From Eledone cirrhosa (lineage: Eukaryota): a stretch of DNA of 64,000 bases. Positions 12,782 to 26,660 of the stretch are shown one piece after another; the stretch's first letter is position 1; every line of letters starts with the position of its first letter. The DNA is taken from positions 167,710,001-167,774,000 of the forward strand of contig OZ024741.1 of assembly GCA_964016885.1 (NCBI GenBank), read 5' to 3'. The notes under the pieces were generated by a model. It searched no databases and had not been told where the DNA came from. It saw nothing but the letters and a program-made list of their open reading frames with translations. Both the position numbers and the translations under genes were made by a program.

Positions 12782-13098
12782 GGAGGCACATGGCTTAGTG
12801 GTTAGAGCATTGGCCTTGCAATCAAAAGGTTGTGAGTTCAATTCTCAGACCGGGTGATGTGTTGTTTCCTTGACACTTTATTTCACATTGCTCCAGTTTA
12901 CTCAGCTGTAGAAATAAGATGATAGGGACTGGGGTCCCTATCATTCCACTGCAAAGTGGTCGTGGAGGTGCCACGGCAAAAAAGCACCGAGCACTCACTG
13001 TAAATGAGGTTGGTGTTAGGAAGGTCATCCAGCTGTAGAAATCAAGCCAGAATCAGTTCCCGTCCCACCCTTGCAAGCAGGGAAAAGTGGACGTAAAG
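12782..13098 (+). mobile_element. SINE family A: tRNA-derived head, CORE-like domain, RTE-derived tail
   Basis: A box TGGCTTAGTGG, B box GAGTTCAATTC, CORE-like region (short deletion here), and TGGTGTTAGGAAGG.CATCCAGCTGTAGAAA shared with the RTE 3' UTR. Confidence 0.9.
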
Positions 13099-13154
13099 TT
13101 GAACAGAAAAAAATTATTTGACCTTCCCAAAGTATAACAATATATATATATATA

Positions 13155-14431
13155 TGAGGGGGATCAAAAAGTTCGCGGAATTTTTCAGAAAATAATCTAT
13201 TTTTCAAAAAATATGATTTACCTTCAATTTATTTTTCTACATAGTTGACATCCAGGTCAATACACTTCACAAGGCGATGCTTCCAGTTTCTAAAGAAAGT
13301 TGAAGGCCTCGTTCGAAGCCATGTGTTGGCAGTGTTTTTAGCTTCTTCAGTACCACTAAATCGGGTTCCTTTTAGCATTTCTTTGAGTTTTGGAAAGAGG
13401 AAAAAGTCTGATGGGGCTAAATCTGGACTATAAGGCGGGTGAGGAAGCACTTCCCATCGAAATTATCGAAGAACTTCTTTTGCAACCCGCGCAGAATGCG
13501 CTGGTGCATTGTCATGAAGTTTCCCTTTTCGTTACTTGACTAATGCCTCTTTCAGCTTCCTTAAAACATTTGCATAGTAAGCTCCTGTCACAGTTCTTTG
13601 ACCTTCAAGATAATCTATTAGTATCACCCCATCCGAATCCCAGAAAATGGTGGCCATCACTTTTTGATCCGACTTTTGAGATTTGAACTTGATTGGCCCT
13701 GATGATCCACATGGAAGCCACTGTTTTGACTGCTGTTTGGATTCAGGATCATACTGGTAGATCCAGGTTTCATCTCTGGTGATGATTCTGGTCAAGAAAT
13801 GCTCTTCATCAACTTCTATTTTGTTTAATATCGCCAAAGACAGATCACTTCGAAGAATCAGCTGATCAGGGTGCAACGCTTTTGGGACCATCGCGCTGAA
13901 AGCTTGCTTAGTCCCAAATTATTGTGCAGAATTGAATTTGCCGAACCATGTGAAATGTCTAGGGACTTAGCTAACTAATTAACTGTTATTCTTCGATCTT
14001 CTTCAATTAAAGTCTGAGCAGCCTCAACGTTTTGGTCATTTTTTGATGTTCCTGGTCTTCCACTGCGATGGTCGTCTTCAAGGTCGTCTCTCCCTTGTTT
14101 GAATCACTGAATCCACTTGTAGACAGCAGTTTTCTTTGGAGCAGTAATACCGTAAACTTTAACTAAAGCCTCCATAATCTGTGTCCCTTTCCATTTGAGT
14201 TTCACCAGAAACTTGATATTCGATCTTATCTCAAAATAACTATTTTCCATTGTTCCAAAAAGATGTTTTTTAAAGAGTCAGTACTGTACAATAGTCCGCG
14301 CATAACTGACTGGAAGTGACTAATAGCAAGGTAAACACCCAGTGACAATGTTCTGACATGTTTAATATTGTTTTAACCTGATTTTTTTCTTGCTACGATA
14401 AAATTCTGCGAACTTTTTGATCCCCCTCTCG
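13155..14431 (-). mobile_element. Full-length defective mariner (DD34D) transposon
   Basis: TIRs GAGGGGGATCAAAAAGTTCGCGGAATTT in TA context; transposase 14250->13229 with DETW, HDNAPAH, YSPDLAPSD and 34 residues between D2 and D3; stops and frameshifts. Confidence 0.95.
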
Positions 14432-14515
14432 TATATATATATATATATATGAATTCCCAAAGTATACCGGGAGGTGACCACAGTTTAAAAAGGTACTCAA
14501 TAGATTAGTAGAATA

Positions 14516-15088
14516 TAAGAGGGATCAGATGTTGTTTACTCGAGTGAAGGCTACGTTGGTATGGACACGTGATGCGCATGAAAGTCGATAGCTGTATAAC
14601 AAAGTGCAGGGCAATAAAGATAGACGGTAGCCACGGAATAGGCAGACCTAGAAAAACCTGGGACGAGCTGATAAACTCCGACCTCACACACTTACACCTC
14701 TCCAAGACAATGTCACTGGACCGAGACCTTTGGCGGTACTCAGTAACAGAGAAGACCCGCCTTGCCAGTAGGCATCTCTAACCAAATACACCCCGTCCCG
14801 CCACCACCCCCATCCATCCACACCACCCCGTTCTATGTAAAGTTATGTTGGTGCCGCGCCATCCAGGCCGAAACAAATGAGATCGTGTAGGTGTCACGAC
14901 AAAAAAACACACAGTCCACGCTGTAATGTGGCCGTGTAGGCAACACGGTAAAAACCTCCCAGACCCACACTGTAAATGTGGTTGGTGTTAGGAAGGGCAT
15001 CCAACTGTAGAAAACCTGCCAGACAGTCCTACGCGAGCAAGACAATCACTCTTGCCTCAAGTGGGACTACCCCCATCCAAACCCATGC
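14516..15088 (+). mobile_element. RTE LINE 3' fragment
   Basis: Encodes GHVMRMK...GRPRKTW followed by the 3' UTR; reverse complement of about 28968-29573. Confidence 0.92.
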
Positions 15089-15094
15089 TGGATG

Positions 15095-15330
15095 GTGGAG
15101 GAAACTTGTTGGTAGAGGGGTGTGGGATCGGAGGGTAGAAGAGGGGCTTATGGAGCTGCCTGAGGGCTTCAGCCGTGTAGAGGTCAGCGCGCCACACCAC
15201 CACGGCGCCTCCCTTGTCCGCCGGTTTGATGACGATGGCATCTCGGCTACGGAGGGAACGGAGAGCGAGGAGTTCGCCCCGTGAGATGTTATTCCGTTGG
15301 GACGCACGCACACGCACGGTTATATTTACC
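15095..15330 (-). pseudogene. Penelope-like element ORF fragment (N-terminal RT, DKG motif)
   Basis: NNISRGELLALRSLRSRDAIVIKPADKGGAVVVWRADLYTAEALRQL matches the PLE IKPADKG signature. Confidence 0.85.
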
Positions 15331-15555
15331 AACTCAAATTGATTTATCTGAATTAGCCTGATCAAAATTCAATGGTATATATGAAATATTTACCGTATCC
15401 CTACTGGTGGGTGGATCATTGTGAAATTTTGCATTATTAGATTAAAAATGTTAATACTTTTGTTAATGCAATTGTAATGCTGTTTAGTACTTTTCAAGAG
15501 TGTCATGCTAATATGGTTTCATGTGGCCTGTTAATTTATAAGTTTATAAGTATAT

Positions 15556-15895
15556 GGAGGCACATGGCTTAGTGGTTAGAGCATTGGCCTTGCAATCGAA
15601 AGGTTGTGAGTTCAGTTCTCAGACAGGGTGATGTGTTGTTTCCTTGAGCAAGACACTTTATTTCTCATTGCTCCAGTTTACTCAGCTGTAGAAATGAGAT
15701 GATAGGGACTGGAGTCTATATCATTCCACTGCAAAGTGGTCGTGGAGGTGCCACGGCAAAAAAGCACCCAGCACTCACTGTAAATGAGGTTGGTGTTAGG
15801 GAGGGCATCCAGCTGTAGACATCAAGCCAGAATCAGTTCCCGTCCCACCCTTGCAAGCAGGGAAAAAGTGGACGTAAAATGAAATGATGATGATG
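15556..15895 (+). mobile_element. SINE family A, full length with (GAT)n tail
   Basis: Near-identical to 12782-13098; intact GTTTCCTTGAGCAAGACACTTTA CORE-like motif. Confidence 0.92.
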
Positions 15896-16518
15896 AATGA
15901 TAGGTTATTTACTTGTGGACAGCTTGTGAAAATGTGGGATACTACAGCAAAGACTTTAATATTTGATTTGATGCAGTCATAAAGCTGTTATGTACTTTTC
16001 AAGAATGTTTTGTTCATGTGGTTTCATATTTTACAAGATGTTAATAATTAAAAACATAATATATATACACATTATTGGGTATCTATTTTTCTCTAAGTAT
16101 AAATATTTCCTTTCTTTTGATTGTTATTCTCACCATGTAACAATTTGGGAGGGAAGTAGTTGTAGTGGAGAATGGGGAAAAGGGGGTTCTTTGGTAGTGA
16201 ACTGTTTGGAGAATACCAGTATAGTGTAATAAATTTCACATTATAAAAGGTGAATTATAGACTGGTGCGTAGAGGAGAGGAAACAATTAATCTGAGTTTC
16301 CTATCAGAGCAGCAGGACTTATTGAAAATGATGTTATATAAAATGATGAGATTGTAACATCAATAGAGATAAGAGCATGGAGTTGTGGCCTGAGGGTGTG
16401 TTGTATTATTATATGATGAAGAAGTGAGTAGAATACTTATATTGTTGAGACCGCTGACAGTTAGCTTCAGGGAAGTTTTTTTTCTTTTATTAATATTTCA
16501 TTATTTATATATTAATAT

Positions 16519-16712
16519 TAAGGGCGGTGGATTGGCAGTATCGGTAGAGGGTCGGATGCCATGCTTTGCAGCAAAGAGTTACGGCCCTTTATGGTTTGAG
16601 TTCAAATCCCGCCGAGGTTAACTTTGCTTTTCATCCTTACGGGGTCGATAAAATAAAGTACCAGTAATACACTGGAATAATTGCTGGCCTTGTGCCAAAA
16701 GTAGAAATAATT
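16519..16712 (+). mobile_element. SINE family B copy
   Basis: TGGCAGTATCGG and GAGTTCAAATCC boxes, CTTTTCATCCTTACGGGGTCGATAAAATAAAGTACCAG core; other + copies at about 23250, 24485-24730, 43110-43300, 45085-45235. Confidence 0.85.
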
Positions 16713-16797
16713 TATATATTAATATCATCAATAGTAGATAATGCTTCAAATTACATATGTGTGAAGAAGAGAGGGAAGAGAAAACATTTTATTTTAC

Positions 16798-17057
16798 TTA
16801 ACCCTTCCGATACCAAAATGCTTGAAACTAGCCTTGGCTCTATGATATAAAGTTGTTTATTTTAAAGTGTTTAGATTTATCTAAAAATCTTCCATCATAA
16901 TTTTATGTATGAACCCTTGATTGGTTATGCTCCAAACCCCCAGATTAATAATGAGGAAATTATATTATTTAAAAAATCTCTAAATTCTTTATTATTTTCA
17001 AATAATTTTGAAAATAATGATCTCTTTCATTAGAAATATTGTAATGGAAAGGTTCAA
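16798..17057. mobile_element. Decayed piggyBac-type MITE (second family)
   Basis: TTAA-CCCTTCCGATACC start; related reverse copies at about 5190-5314 and 6430-6660, and a fragment at 22840-22915. Confidence 0.55.
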
Positions 17058-17360
17058 ATGGTAGGGTGTGACTTAAGGGAGATTTAATTACTATTTCTAG
17101 TAGGTCAAACCACTGCATAGAAACTGTTCCCAATAACATTAATCCTTCATTCGGGTACTCAATTATCCTATTCACCACAATTCCTTTGACTTTCAGTTTC
17201 TTTCCTACAGGTCTTTGTGAAAGTGAATGGCTTAGTGGTAGGGGCTTTGGCTCATGATTGTAAGGTTGTGAGTTCATTTCCTGGCAGCATGCTGTGTCTG
17301 TGAGCAAGACACTTTGTTTCGCATTACTACCAAGCTTAATTACTCCGAGAATTGCATTAA

Positions 17361-17566
17361 CCCTTTAGTATTTACATTACTCTATATTTACTATTGTATT
17401 TTAATGGTAAAGGCTTTACCTCACATAATTGTCTCACATAATATCGAATCTGAGATTTTGATATTTATTTTGAGAACAATACCTTGACATCAGTATGAGT
17501 GGCCAGTTTGAGCAGAAAGAAGTGCGAGAATTCTGGCCGGATATGGCCAGTTTAAATGCTAAAGGG
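17361..17566. mobile_element. piggyBac-type MITE inserted into a SINE (about 17225-17760)
   Basis: TTAA target duplication, TIRs CCCTTTAG(T/C)ATTTA; second copy at 40011-40215. Confidence 0.85.
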
Positions 17567-18149
17567 TTAAGGGTGCATGTGTTTGTGGAATGCCCTGCCA
17601 CTTATACTATAATACAAAATGGACTGTACCTGTAATTCGCAGGGCCAACCTTGTCACACTGTCCTTTGGAATCTCCCTGAGAACTATATTAAGTGTTTTC
17701 ATATCTGTGAATTGCTCATCCTCTTTTATGTTAATTTCATTACCTGGCTGTTTCATTGATCAAACAACTAGAACATTTGTCAATGGAACTGACTATAGTG
17801 GGCATTAGTCTTATGCTATAGTGATGGCTTTATTGATAAGATGAACAAGCTAGATTGTTTAATTTTGAAACATTTTTGTTAATGTTAACAAGCAGAGAAA
17901 TTTCTTTATTTTTTCATTTCCTTTTCTGGGATGAAATTCGTGATGTAAAATTCGTGATGTAATTTAAAGTTCAAATTATACAAAAAAGAAAAAAATGAAT
18001 AAAAACTATAAATAAAAAATGCACAAAAAAAAGTTTTGCTAGACTTTTATGCTTGGATATATTTTTTTCATCATTTGGGCTCTGAAGCAGAGAAGTGAGG
18101 TGGGGTTTGCAGCCAATTATTTTGTTTTGGAAATACTTAAGAAGAAACA

Positions 18150-18154
18150 TGATA

Positions 18155-18185
<31 letters not shown>

Positions 18186-21100
18186 TTTCTTTATCAGCCA
18201 TGCAGGGCTCACATTAAGAAAACATTAAGGTTGTTACAGAACAGCACAGTGTGGGTTTTGTAAAAAGGTTTTTAACAAAAACAAGGAAAATATGTAGAAA
18301 TTTAAAACAAAATATATTCCCCAATAGGGGCGACTTCTGAAGATCACAAATGGAGAAGGCCCACAAAAATCCATGGTCACCCTGACTACTTGGGCAAGTG
18401 CTCCCTCCAAGTTTTCCTCTTCCAGTCTACAGGTGCATACTCAGACCAGGCTCATTCACTCGAGCCACGCTCACTTCTCTCACCTTTCAATAAACTGCTT
18501 GGAAGGAAGCACTTCCCTCTCCACCCTGATTAATCAGGGATTCGCTGAAGAGTTAAGTGCTTATCTTCAACCTTTTCAACCATGTCCACCACACAACCAT
18601 TTTTGACATGGTCACTAGGTAGAGAAAAAATACCTGCCCTTCCCTGCTAAAGGAAGGTGGCAGGGAAATCTTCACAATGGACTCAGCTGATAGCCAGATC
18701 TGTCCCGCATGTGACAACAGGTGTATGACATAAACCCACAAGTCATCAATGCTTGGACATTTAATGTGTGCATGCAGTACAGCTTTGTGCATCTCCAGCT
18801 GGCCTGGTTGATGGCACTTCCATGCCTGTAGAGTTTATTTGGAACTGGCAATGTTCCCTGGTAGCACTGCCGGGCAAGGGATTTCTGAAAGTTCTCCGGA
18901 CAAGATTGGCTAGTTCATTATTGTCAATGCCCAGAGTCTTCCCAAGAACATCATTGCTTTTACCCTCCACTAACCCTGCTTGACTCAGGACTGCAGCACA
19001 ATCAAGGAGACGAACTGGGGGAAAATGTTTCTAGCAAACACGACTGCGCCTGTTCACTGTTAAGGAAGAGTTGGAGATGTAGCCTCAGAGCATGTTTGCA
19101 AATCATAAGCCACAGTATGCCTAGTCCTCCACGCAGTGGGTGTTGACAGCAAACAGACTGCCTGGCCAATGGAACCTGTCCCTTCCACAAAAATTGAAAG
19201 AGTAGCCACTCCAGTGCAGTCAGACATAAACAATGGTCAGGTGGTAGTAGATAGTCACAATATATGTGTTCACCACATTTATCCAACCTTTTAGGAATAG
19301 CTTTCTCTGGGCCCATTTTTAGGTGTGAGAGGCCATCCTGCTTATTACCTTGTCCCAGATTTTGTACATCTGGAGGTCCTGAGCAAACCAATCTATCCAT
19401 CCAGTGTCCAATGATGTTGATGGATAGCATGGATTTGTGTAGTATGGCTTGAGTCAATACATACAAAAGAGATGAAAGGGGACAACCTTGGTGGACCAAT
19501 CGTATGATGTTGAAAGGTTCCAAAAGGTAACTATTCACTCTAACCACACAGCAAATGTTGCTGTGCATTGCATTGCTCTAGCCTCTGAAAGCGGGATCAA
19601 AGTCGGTTGCCTTGAGGACTGCCATCGAGTAGCAATGGTCAACCCTACCAAAAGCTTTTGATTGATCTAAGTTGATCAGGGTTCCACTCATGCCATGTTC
19701 CTTAGCCACCCATTCTATGATATCTCACATGAGGTGAAGTATGTCATGGATGGATCTGTTTGGGATGGCACATGTTTGTGCCTCCCCTACCAGACCACTG
19801 ATGACAAGTGTCAACCTCGTTGCTAATACCTTGGTCAAAATTTTAAACTCTGCATTTAGCAGAGTTATGGGTCTAAAATTATCAATATGATCCCTTGTTT
19901 CGATACTTTCTCAGCATTGCCACTGCTCCACAGCTCATAGAACTGGGAATTTTTGTGTTTTGCTGCCAGTTGTAATAGATGTTTGCCAAGAGGTCACCAA
20001 ACAAGTCTGGCATGGAATTGTAAAGCTCCTATGGCAGCCCATTCAAACCAAGTGATTTGCCCCTCATGCATCCAGTCATTGCCTCCCATATGTCAGTGGC
20101 TGTTATCAGTCTTTTGCAACACTTCACCTTCATGGTCAAGAGTAGCGGCAGGCTATTGAGGTAGGCACTAAAGTCTATCTTGCAATCTGGCCCACCACTG
20201 TTCCTGACATTTGAGTGAAGTGCTGCTGAAAAGCTGCACACATCCACTTGGTATTGAGAAGCATGTGCATGTCAAGTAACATGCCAAAGACCAGATTGTG
20301 GCTTTGTTTCTATGATGTCTCTCCACCACTCAGGACCATTGATTGGCCTTTGTCCCCTTATGTCTAAGAGCATGTGCCTTTCCTCTGACAATGCAGCTAT
20401 TGTGCTTTGCATTGAAGAATTGGTCGAGAATCAATATTGCTTTCGTAAAAGCCTCTTTTAGCTTTTTAACTTGTTCACCCTCTAGTTTAGTTTTCTCAAG
20501 TGTTACTCCTTTTATCTAATATACTCTAATCACCCTTTTCAGGGCAAACCACCATTTGTTGTTGACAATTGCCCCCGCCAATGCCAACTTAACTATTATA
20601 ATTCACTAATCTGGTATCTGTAGGCTTTGCACACTGGAACGGACACATTTAGCTTCCAGTTTATGAAGCTTATTTAAGTCAACTGTACAGATCACAAATT
20701 TGTGGTCTATAAAGTTAACTATTTTGAATTGTAGATAGCTTATGCTAGCTTTGTATACTTTCTTACAAAATGCTCCATCTAGATACAATCTGGTTGTGGT
20801 TTGTCCATGTCCACATTAGCACATTTAGGAAATCCAATCAATAACAGTCAGATAATTTGAAATGTCTGAGTAGGTTTGCAAGGCTTTTACATCCTCCTCA
20901 TCTATCTGCTAGCCCTACACAGTCTCAGCATGCATCTAAGATACTGTTCCAGTCACCCACTAACACTAAAGAGTGGGACGTTCCTAGAAAAGTCTTGAGG
21001 TGCCTGACAGAGCATAGACAGCCATAACCTGAAAGCATACCCTTCGCTGCTGGTCACACCTAGCACCACCATCTTAACTTCTGGGTCCAGGAAGATGGTC

Positions 21101-21970
21101 TGTATCGTGAGATCCAAGCCTTTCTGAAACAACAGTGACTCTGCCTCCAAACCCTGGATGGCTAGGAGATGCATCCACCTCTTAGCTGCTGAAAATGGAT
21201 ATGAAGCCTCAAAACTTCTGGTCCCACTGATGGCCACTACATCTATGTTTAGTGACCTGAAGTCATTGAGCTGGTGGCCCTATCTAAGATGACCCCAGGC
21301 CTTGTCCTTTATACTGCCAATTTTGTGGAAGGCCATGCTGGATACAGAGTAGGAAAACTAAAAAAAGGGTTACTTACCCTGTTTGTATGTAGGGAGGGAT
21401 GATGATAATCCGTCCCCCTCACCAGTTGAAGTTACATTCACAAGGATGTTGGAGTATATCTGCTTTGATAAAGTAGCCTGGAAGTACCCAATGCAATTGG
21501 GGAATTTATCTTTTAATTTAGTGTGTTGCCTGTTAATCTTGTGTGATGTCTGATTTGTATGTGTGTTGGTATTTTTGTCCAGGATTTTGTCTATTTGATC
21601 TGATTTTACCTGAAGTAGAATATCCAGGTCCATCCTGGACCAATTTTGTCTTTCACTCCTTTTGATCTGAAAGAGTGTTTTCAGGTCTCCAAGGACAATG
21701 CCAGTCAAAATCCACCAGTTGTTTAGGCCTGGTGGAACACCCAGTATTCTCAGCCTAACAGTTCTCTTTGAAAGATATGTTGGAGAGAGGACGAACTCCT
21801 CACTCCAATGGGGGACATTGAATGTTTTCGTGCAAGGTCCTCTTCACTTTTGAAGAGCTCCTCGACTCTGGCAAACTGTCTTCCTCATTGAAAATATGCC
21901 ACATCTGGCAATGGCCTTTTTAGGGCTTTCTCCACCTCAACACTATGGCAGGTTTGGCTCGCCGGCCCCG
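18150..21970 (-). mobile_element. Decayed near-full-length L1/Tx1-clade LINE (ORF1, APE endonuclease, RT)
   Basis: ORF2 ATG near 21336; fragments GKSLGLNGLP, NFRPITLLNAEFKILTKVLATRL, LDQSKAFGRVDH, HQGCPLSSLLYVL; ORF1 remnant 21370-21900; 3' end GCTGATAAAGAAAT(TAT)n. Confidence 0.88.
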
Positions 21971-22583
21971 CAGCACAGTTCTGTAGAGGACGTTTTTTTT
22001 TTTTTTTGTCCGTTCTTCCACTATTTGCTCGTGTGTGTGTGTGTGTATATATATATACATATATATATAATATATATATATATAGTGGTCAGAAACTCTC
22101 AGGAGACCTGCACAGCAGGTCTTCAGAGAAGAAATCCCCTTCAAGCTCGTGTTTCGGCCCTTAACTTCTTACACTCTAAGGGGGCCGGGCTGCATCCAGG
22201 TCATGACTCCTGGGTGCTCTTCTGCTGACATTTAGCCATTCAGAAATCAGAGACTTGCTGTGTATTTAAACTGTATGGAGATTTTGTTGACAGGATCTAG
22301 CTGGAACTCCTCTCTGTTGATCATTTGCTGGAGAAGTTCTTTTGCAATGGTGTTGGTACCTCGATGAAATGCACTTAGGACTGTATGTCAGACTCCTGGC
22401 TTGTTAAAACTATTGATGATTATGGGAATATAAGCTGGGAGATCAGTGACTCTGCTTGAATACTGACCAGTCTGTAATATCTGCAACCCTTGCTAGCAGG
22501 GAAATGCATTTTAAATGATGATACACACAAACACGTGTGTGTATGTGTGTGTATGTGTATGTGTGTGTGTGGGGGGGGGGGGA

Positions 22584-22630
22584 TAACTCTTAACATTCTG
22601 AACCACATCAAACAGGATGTTAAGAGTTAA
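22584..22630. repeat. Small hairpin, possibly a minimal piggyBac-type MITE
   Basis: TAACTCTTAACATTCTG-12 nt-CAGGATGTTAAGAGTTA. Confidence 0.5.
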
Positions 22631-23371
22631 TTTATCTCTAGTCTATTGATTATGGTAGGAAATTGTAGCCGGAGGCTATAAGTAATGTGATATGGTTCAA
22701 ACAAATTGATTTTCTGTTGCAAGCATATCACTGTAAGTATATCACCATGCTGAGAAATGGTAGAAATAACCAAATCACTTTCAAATCACACTGTGCTGTA
22801 ATTTTATGTAAGAGCTTTTCTTATGTTTAAATCCCTGCATATTCTTTATTATTTGAAAATTATTTGAAAACCATAGGAAATATCTTTCATTAGAAATATG
22901 GTAACAAAATGGTTAGATATAGTAAGAACATTTTAGATAATGTATTACCTGATATTATTAAAGTAATGTACTGGGTAATTGCTGGCTTGTGCCAATAGTA
23001 GAAACAATTATTAAAGTGACCAGATGCTCATGGTTAGAATGTCTCAGATTAGTGATTCTTAAAGTGGCCATTAATATCCCCTCACCCAAGGTTGCTGAGA
23101 GATTCATGAGTAACTTTGGAAGGCAAAGAGATGTTATGGGGCTGCTATGGGATGTGGTGAGGAAGGAAAAGGGTAAATACAAATTTGTAGTTGCTCATAA
23201 AACTGTCGTCTTCAATTAGTCAATTTATAATAATAAACATTATTATATGGTTAAAGCAGTGGATTGACAGAATCGATAGAATGTCGGACAACATGCTTAA
23301 CAGCATAGTTATGACCCTTTATGTTCTAAGTTCAAATCCTGTTGAGGTTAGCTTTGCCTTTCATCCTTACA

Positions 23372-24480
23372 TTCATCATCATCATCATCATCATCTTCGT
23401 TTAACGTCCATCTTCCACGCTAGCATGGGTTAGACGGGAGTTGTCCCACTTGAGGCAAGGTTGGTCGGGTGACCGTGTCTCGCTCATATAGGACTATCTG
23501 GCAGGTTTTCTATAGCTGGATGCCCTTCCTAACACCAACCACATTTACAGTGTGGAACTGGGAACTTTTTACCATGTTACCTACATGGCCACATTACAGC
23601 GTGGATTTTTTTTTTTTTTTTGTCGTGACACCTACACGATCTTGAACTCATAATCTCATTTATTTGGACTGGATGTTATGGTACCAACTTTACAGACAGA
23701 GGGTGGTGTTGGTGGGGGTAGGGGTAGTGGATCGGGGTGTATATTTGGTTAAGAGGTGCCGACTGACTGAAGGTTTTGCTTTGTACATAGGCAAGGCGGG
23801 TCTTCTGTATTACTGCGTAGCGCCAAAGATCTCGGTCCAGTGACATTGTCTTAGAGAGGTGCAAGTGTGTAAGGTCGGAATTTATCAGATCGTTCCAGGT
23901 TTTTCTGGGTCTACCTACTCCGTAACTACCATCAATTTTGATCGCCCTGCACTTTTTTATACAGCTGTCGTCTTTCATGCGCATCACGTGACCATACCAA
24001 CGTAGTTTTCTCTCGAGTAAACAGCATCTGATCCCTCTTATTCCTAATTTCTCACTTAGTTCATTTATGCTTTGCCGTTCACGTATATTACTATTACACA
24101 TCCAACGGAGCATGCATGCTTCGTTCCTTTCCAGTCTGCACAGGTCCTCTGCACGCAATGCCCATGTATCACTGCCATGTAGCATTGCTGTTCGTATACA
24201 GGCATTATACAATCTGCCTTCCATTTTTAGAGAGAAACCTTTTATGGCCAACAGCAGTATAAGCTCTCTGAACTTTTTCCATCCCATTCTGGCTCTGGCT
24301 ACTATACTTTCAGAGCACCCTCCACCACTGCTGATTTTGTCACCCAGGTAACGGAAAGTGTCCACTATTTCTATAGAACCATCTGGGCAATAGAAGGAGC
24401 TAGTATCCTGTGGGCACTTGCTACTTATTGCACCTGAGCATCGGCCACACATAAAATCTACGTTCTTAGATAGTTTACCT
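23372..24480 (-). mobile_element. 5'-truncated RTE LINE, diverged subfamily
   Basis: ORF 23676-24452 with FRYLG, WYGHVMR, GRPRKTW; 3' UTR and (GAT)n tail. Confidence 0.92.
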
Positions 24481-25145
24481 TAGTTTACATTGTCGATAAC
24501 ATAAAGTACCAGTAATGCACTGAGGTTAATTTAATCAACTTTCCCCTTCCCCTTAATCGTTGGCCTGAATCAAAATCAATTATTATATCGTTAAAGCATT
24601 GGAAAAAATGCTTTGCAGTATTTGTTATGGCTCTTTGTATTCTAAGTTCAAATCTTGTCGATGTCGATAAAATAGAATATAAAAAATATATTTTAAAAAT
24701 TGCTGGCCTTGTGCCTAAATTAGAAACCATTATTGTATGCTTTCTCTTATCCTTTCCTACTTACTCCTTCCCCTCCTCACTTGGTTTTTCCTCTCTCCTC
24801 TTTTCTCCTATTTTTTTTTCTTTTCATTTAAACAGTAGTGTTTGAAATGAATTTTGAATTTCTTTTTTCCTGTTGAAAGAATTCACACTTGTTATAAACT
24901 GGAGAATGTTTTAGGCTCCATTCATCTGTTCTGGGGAGAAATGAAAAGTTGTTTCATCTTACCATATTGATCTTGCTATTTTTGCCAGTAGAAAAGTTTT
25001 TATAGAATAGAATAGATGACAATGGGTGTTTGGTGGGGAGGTGGTTGATGGTGATGTGCGAGAGAGTGTGAATGGAAGAAATATTTAAGAATCATTATGC
25101 ATCTGTTTTGTCAAATTATCATTTTTCCTCTTCTTTGTATTCCAG

Positions 25146-25170
25146 GCAAAAATCATTCTTTGTGCAATTG
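25146..25170 (+). CDS. 25-nt microexon of PTB-domain protein (AKIILCAI-G)
   Basis: Strong polypyrimidine tract plus ttccag, GTGAGT donor; phases 0 and 1 fit both neighbours; supplies the PTB C-terminal helix. Confidence 0.8.
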
Positions 25171-25489
25171 GTGAGTCATTTAATTTTTCATATATTTAAA
25201 ATTTTTGAATTTTGTTTCTATATTTTTGGGGGGATTTTTGTGAGTTCAGTTTTTATTTTATTTGTTTTTTTGTTTTTGTATTTTTTTTTCTTGTCCTGTC
25301 TTTAGACTTATTAACTATGGTATTATTAGAAATTGAACCAATTGGCCATATATTTTTATAGTTTTTTTTGGTTTCAGTCGCATGTATGTTTGTACAGTGT
25401 GTGCATATATGTATGTATGTAGGTATGCACACATGTATGTATGCATGCATGCTCTCAATTTTGAGTTTATTTTTTACTGGCAAGGTTGT

Positions 25490-26660
25490 AAAGAAAAGGA
25501 AATTGTTTTTGTGTAAGCATTCATCCTTTGAATCATAAAAAGAATGTTTTTACAGATTTTGAAGGTCCTAGATATTGTAGCCATTTATAGCTTATGAATT
25601 AAGGAGCTACATTCTTTCTCTACAAATCTAAGTTCAGTTATGCTTTGATCCAGATGGATTGGTATATAACCTGTAGCTCCATTAATAATTGGTATGAGGC
25701 TGATTGTATATCTTGGATACTGGATTTGCAAACTCCTCATCTATGGTCCATAGATATCCTCCTTTTCTTTCATTTTTCTCTCTACATTGAAATCAAGTGG
25801 GCAGCTGACTTGTACAACAGAGCATGTTTTAATATCAGGCCAGTTGTGCTTTAATCTGGTGGTAGTTTCTATTTTTGGATTCCACCAGTATTCTTTTGGA
25901 CCATCAGTATCAATATATTCCTCCCTATTTGATTTAATTTTCATCTTCCAAAATGTATTCCAGATCATTCTAGTTATCACAACAGGCCTCATGGGGAGGT
26001 AATGATGAGAAAACATTCTTTCACAGTTGGCAATAATGTGGCTAACATCTTCAATCTTTGTTTCTCACAGCCTACATTTATTGTCAGCTGATGACCTTGT
26101 TCTTTTGTGTAGTAGGTAGTAGGTGGGGATTTCTTGTTCCAGGATTGCATCGAGGTATCCTTTAATGTGGGATGTTATGAATTTGTCGGAACTCCATGTC
26201 AGGCTATTAGTATGGTTTATCCCTTCTACGGGATGTTTTTCATTGCAAGTACCCATATACAATCTTCTCAGTAAATTGGTCTATTTTTTCATTCTGTTTG
26301 AGCATTGAGAGAGATTTGTATCCAGATTTATTTCATGCCTCTCCACCAGATCTGTAGCTATCCTAACATTATTAGTTCGTGCTCATAAACCTGGGCGAGA
26401 TGACTACTGACCTTTTTCTTCTGTTGAAGATGTTGCTTCAGTGGTATTATCCAGGTCTAAGATAGTGTTAATATGGATTTTAGGCTTCGGCCACCCTCCT
26501 TACCTGAGAAATATAGCCTATCTACATCATATTGTGGACAGTGTGCATGTAACAGAGTTCTGATGACCATATTCTCTTTACTCTCATGAGGTATTCATTC
26601 CTGGTTCTCTCCTTATTTATGGGTCCATTGTATCTGATATTCTCATCCTGTCCAAGATAT
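25490..26660 (-). mobile_element. Decayed R4/Dong-type LINE 3' part with restriction-like endonuclease
   Basis: Fragments YLGQDENI, DVDRLY..KEGGRSL, AILEQEIPT..NKCRL, YWWN..KHNWPDI..VSCPLD..EKEDIY, IPIINGATG. Confidence 0.82.

Noticed and set aside
12782-12855. tRNA-like sequences with A and B boxes (also 15556, 28496, 42418, 16519)
   Set aside because: They are SINE heads continuous with SINE bodies, not tRNA genes.
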